A stretch of DNA of 64,000 bases, taken from positions 1,798,001 through 1,862,000 of the forward strand of contig NW_026782299.1 in NCBI RefSeq assembly GCF_031769215.1, written 5' to 3'. The notes below the pieces were generated by a model. The model made no database searches. It was not told the origin of the DNA and worked only from the letters and a program-made list of their open reading frames with translations. Numbering within the stretch: position 1 is the stretch's first letter; every line of letters begins with the position of its first letter. The position numbers were made by a program, and so were the translations under genes. Shown here piece by piece: positions 59,906 to 64,000 of the stretch. This DNA comes from Ylistrum balloti (lineage: Eukaryota).

Positions 59906-62900
59906 AGTTACGATAGTGGAATGGAAAAAGCTGATGTATACTTTTAACAAACTTATATGTTGCGGATGTCAAATAAATGTTGGTTAAATTGAAATCAAAT
60001 GTCCATTTGTACTTTTGTTTTTAAATAGATTAGAAAAGGTGGCGATACGTTTATCTGAAATGTGGGTTATCTGTCCTGCCATGCTGACTTGTTTGACGCT
60101 AGAGGTCGTCACCTGTCATTCACGTGACACGAGAAGTGTCATTACTGATGATTATTTTTTAAATTTCGCACGCCTATGAATATATTTCGAGCGGAGAGAA
60201 ATTAAAGATAGTACTTAGATATTCATTTTTTGAACAATTACTAACATACCGCATTTCTACACGTGCGAAACAGCACATGACCATGGAAATACTTGTAAGT
60301 GATATTTCATATGTGTTTTTTTTCGGTAATGATAATTTATGTTTATCCAACCTTTCACCAATATCGCTTTTAGATGATTCAGATAGTGTTGGGAAATTTG
60401 TCTTGCCTAATTCACTGCTAGGCTTAAACTGCGTAGCGTTGAATTACTCCCAAATGTTTTGCCGTTCGTCTGATCATTAACGCGATATTGCAGTGACAGC
60501 TTCAACCAAAATGACATCCACATCGTCGCTTCAGAACTTGCTCGCTGTCAAAACTGTGAAGCATCGCTGACTGATCGATTCCCTTGTTGGCGGAAAACAT
60601 AACGTGAGACAAGTTCGCATTCACTCGGTGTCAAAAAAAGTCTGGCCCTCCTTGAAATCTCACGTTATCTCGGGCACATATCCGGATACGCGAGAGCCGG
60701 AAGGTATCACATTCGAAAGGCTAGTGGTAATTGTAAGCTGTCGACTGTGATATGTCAGTTACAAGTAAAAAGTAGCATTCCAACTAATTTAAAGGAAGAT
60801 ACATATTTCAATTTGTTCTGTTCATTTGTTAACAAACTCTGGTTTAATCTGTTCTCGAAATTATCAAAGTTCGTTGGAAACAGGCTTCTCGATATCTCGA
60901 TACAGCTATAATTGATCGGAATATATCACGTGCCGTCATTGAAATCCGACATATTCCATGAAAGTTTGTTGAAATCTTTCGGTTAGATTCTTTGTTCATG
61001 CCAAATGTCCTTATTGTTTGCGTTTGTACACTGACATGAATTTAAAATTATTGTTCGCTAAACTCATTTGCATTCTAACTTGACATTTTATTTGACATCG
61101 AAATAGCATAGAGCCAAAATCTATAGAAATTAGATTGTTTATGAAAATATCCCGATTAAAAAAATAACACGATTTGTTAATAATATGACAATGACCGCGC
61201 GAGGTGAGATGGAGTGTCAAAAACACCGTGATTGATTTACTCACAAATGTAAAATGGTTATATAAACGCATTCGCGAAGTTCGAACATTTTAAAGTCTTC
61301 TTTAGCAGTTAATATATTTTGATGAGGCGTTATTGTGACGTCACTGGGAAAATTTAGGTGAAATAATGTTTTTTTTCTCATTCTAACACATTCTCGGGAA
61401 ACAAGATCATTGCACAAATCTCATCTTTGTCTTTATTTCTGGAGGACATTTATGCCACGAAGTTTTTGAAAATGTCTGTTCTCGAAGGGATACTCGGAGA
61501 TGTAACTTAAGCTTTCTGTTTTGCCACTGGAACATTTATCCTAAGTCTTGACCAGTGACTACCCTCTCTGATTAGCGTAAGTAGATTAAAGTGTCTGTGG
61601 AAGAACTATTTCCGGCACGTGTCGCCCACAGATATTGTTGGACCATCTTGGTCAAAATCTCGCCCCTGACGAGATCTACCTGTGGTTTTCACCCCAGATT
61701 ACAGCATGTCGAAAAATTTGATACCCTCGAACCGATGCTGTCCAAATCTCGTGTTCGACGAGATGTGTCTAACTCCAATCACGTTAATCCATAGCTTGTT
61801 TGTTTTTCCCTGGTGATGTTGACATCTGACATGGCGGGATGTAAATTGTTGCACACATGCCGGGTTGTACTTGTAGGAGAAAATGCATACAAGTTTTTAT
61901 CAACTATTTAACCAGTTTTATCATCTATGACAAATACTACATTTGTTTTGTTTGTGTAATATTTATACAACGTGTTATGAATTTACACTTCGGTTTCCAT
62001 CACTTCAGTGATGAGTGTGGATTTGTATATAAAATTAATGAAGAATTACTATCAAACGACAGCAATACGTGTAAATTCCCTACTTCACAATACGAACCAC
62101 TTGGCAACAATACATCATTGTTTATAATTAAAAAGACCCCAAAATTTCCAATATTTGTTTTTCATAATTAGATAATACTTTAAAGCATATCAGATCGCTC
62201 CATCTTAAAATTTAGAGTAAAGCTATTCTTGTCCTGGCATCGTAAAATCGTATGCATCATTTTAGCCCACGTGGACACGTATACTCATCCTATATGTAGT
62301 GATATATGGGAAAAAGTATTTGAATGACGTTTACATATCCTTGTTTTACTTACGTAATATTTACATACACATTTCTCGCTACGTGTTATACGGAACTTGT
62401 TGTAATAAGATAAATAAAAGAACCAAATCTAAGCGCATATCACCGGAACGATAAAAGGCCGAGCGCACCGAATGTTTACACGGAGGCAGGCGTATCGGTG
62501 AGCAACGATATAAACAATTAGCTATCAAAATATATGAACGCCGTATTAATGCGAGATCTTAATTCAATCTTTGTGTTCTGCTATCGGTATATGTGGTTTA
62601 CATTATCTCCCAAAATCTGGAAAGACTGCAGTCGCTTTCATCGTTCAGTTTGGTAACTCTTTGGTGTAAGGAGATAGAGAAAGCGTGTCTGAAATCCCAG
62701 AAATATACTTGAAATGAATTATTCAATTAATACAATGTGGATTGCTTGGTGTCAGTTCTGTTCCAGATATAAACAAAAAGGCTCCACAAACAGCCCCTAA
62801 TTCGGGCGCGGCTGTTTGCCCGTGGCGGCGAGAATGTCCGCCCCTCCTTCCTCAGCCGTACGCGTCACACGGGAACGTGGGTGGTCTTTCCCACCGTGAC

Positions 62901-64000
62901 TTTTTTTTATTGTTATAGTGATTTTTCAGATGATTATACGCATATTAAAATACCACTATGTAACGCTTGTCAATCATGGTTTTATAGGACCAGTTATACA
63001 CGGCACAGTGGATATAAGATGGTTTGTAGAAACGAGCCCTGTGTGTCCTGAATCAGTCACCGTTGTTTCGGAGGTTAAAGACACATCCTCCAAATGCCTT
63101 CCTAGTATAAATATATCACACTTAGTGGGCGGGGCCGATTTATGTCAGTTGTACGATTTCTTTTCAGTTAAAAATGAACAGAATGCGATTACAGGCTAGA
63201 TTTAGCGATATTTTTCAACTTAGAAATTCTGATTTACTGTATATAATTTTTAGATGTTTTATTTTAAGTGAGTGTGACTAAAACGAATTGCATTTTATTC
63301 CAGAGCCTGAAAAACATGAAGCATTTCTTTAATATTCTGTATTTTACCTGCATCAAAAATGTAATAGTGAATTATTAAACAGGAATGTTTTAGCGATTCT
63401 GCCGCTTCGTCAATTTAGGAACTCAAAATAGGTCAACACATTTAAAGTTTTGTATCATATGTTAATTGACACGTGACATTAAAAAGTATAACATCGCGGA
63501 CAGAAATTTGGAGATAATATATTTTTGTTTCGTCCTATTTCTGACAATAATGATTTTTTGATTTGCAATGAAAAATAAGAAGGTTAACTACGTTTTAATG
63601 TTATCGTATCGATCCTACTACATCCTGTGCTACACACGTTATCTCGTGATGCTGTACGCCTCTTTCATGTATCGGGTTGTAGGATAGAAATAACCCCGAG
63701 GGGTCACAAAATGTCGTAAAGCCTGCGACTTTCATTTCTTATTCTAAAATATTAAGAAAATTAAGAGAGAAATATGTGTTTTAAAACTGTGACGTCATCT
63801 CTAAATGACGTCATAGATTGTCTCGACAATAAAAAGGACCTATTCGGTTCGAAAACTTCATGGCCTGAAAGAAAAGAATATAAAGAAAATGAGATGGAAT
63901 CATTATTTTTTTTCAGATAGTTTGAAGTGAAATGACCCTAAAGGGTTTTGTCAAATCATATTTTATAATCAAGATCCCCCATTTCTTTGATGTTTCAAAT

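Noticed and set aside
60277-63199. Short ORFs in the last 4 kb
   Set aside because: No recognisable motifs and no consistent splice phases; lengths are what chance gives.

Overview
AT-rich, intron-containing animal genomic DNA; the repeat types suggest a bivalve mollusc (inference). By reading splice sites and phases I assembled: (1) the 5' end of a minus-strand TPP1/ACD-like telomere OB-fold gene, head-to-head with (2) a 3-exon Par-6 gene, 340 aa, the same arrangement as human ACD/PARD6A; (3) an alpha-arrestin whose last exon has an in-frame donor that joins, across a 177-nt intron, five more exons encoding two DUF1330-like domains (predicted 766-aa fusion, one GC-AG intron); (4) a 7-coding-exon TEPP/SPMIP8 orthologue, 206 aa; (5) a minus-strand 11-exon PDI-family gene with Trx(CTPC)-Trx(no CxxC)-ERp29C architecture ending HEEL, 416 aa. 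The rest holds at least seven tandem arrays (20, 28, 30, 34, 38, 47, 51 and ~57 bp units), Helentron/HINE-like elements, a MITE, two Tc1 transposase relics, a tRNA-Thr-derived SINE head and small palindromic elements. All homology calls come from recalled family motifs; no search was run.
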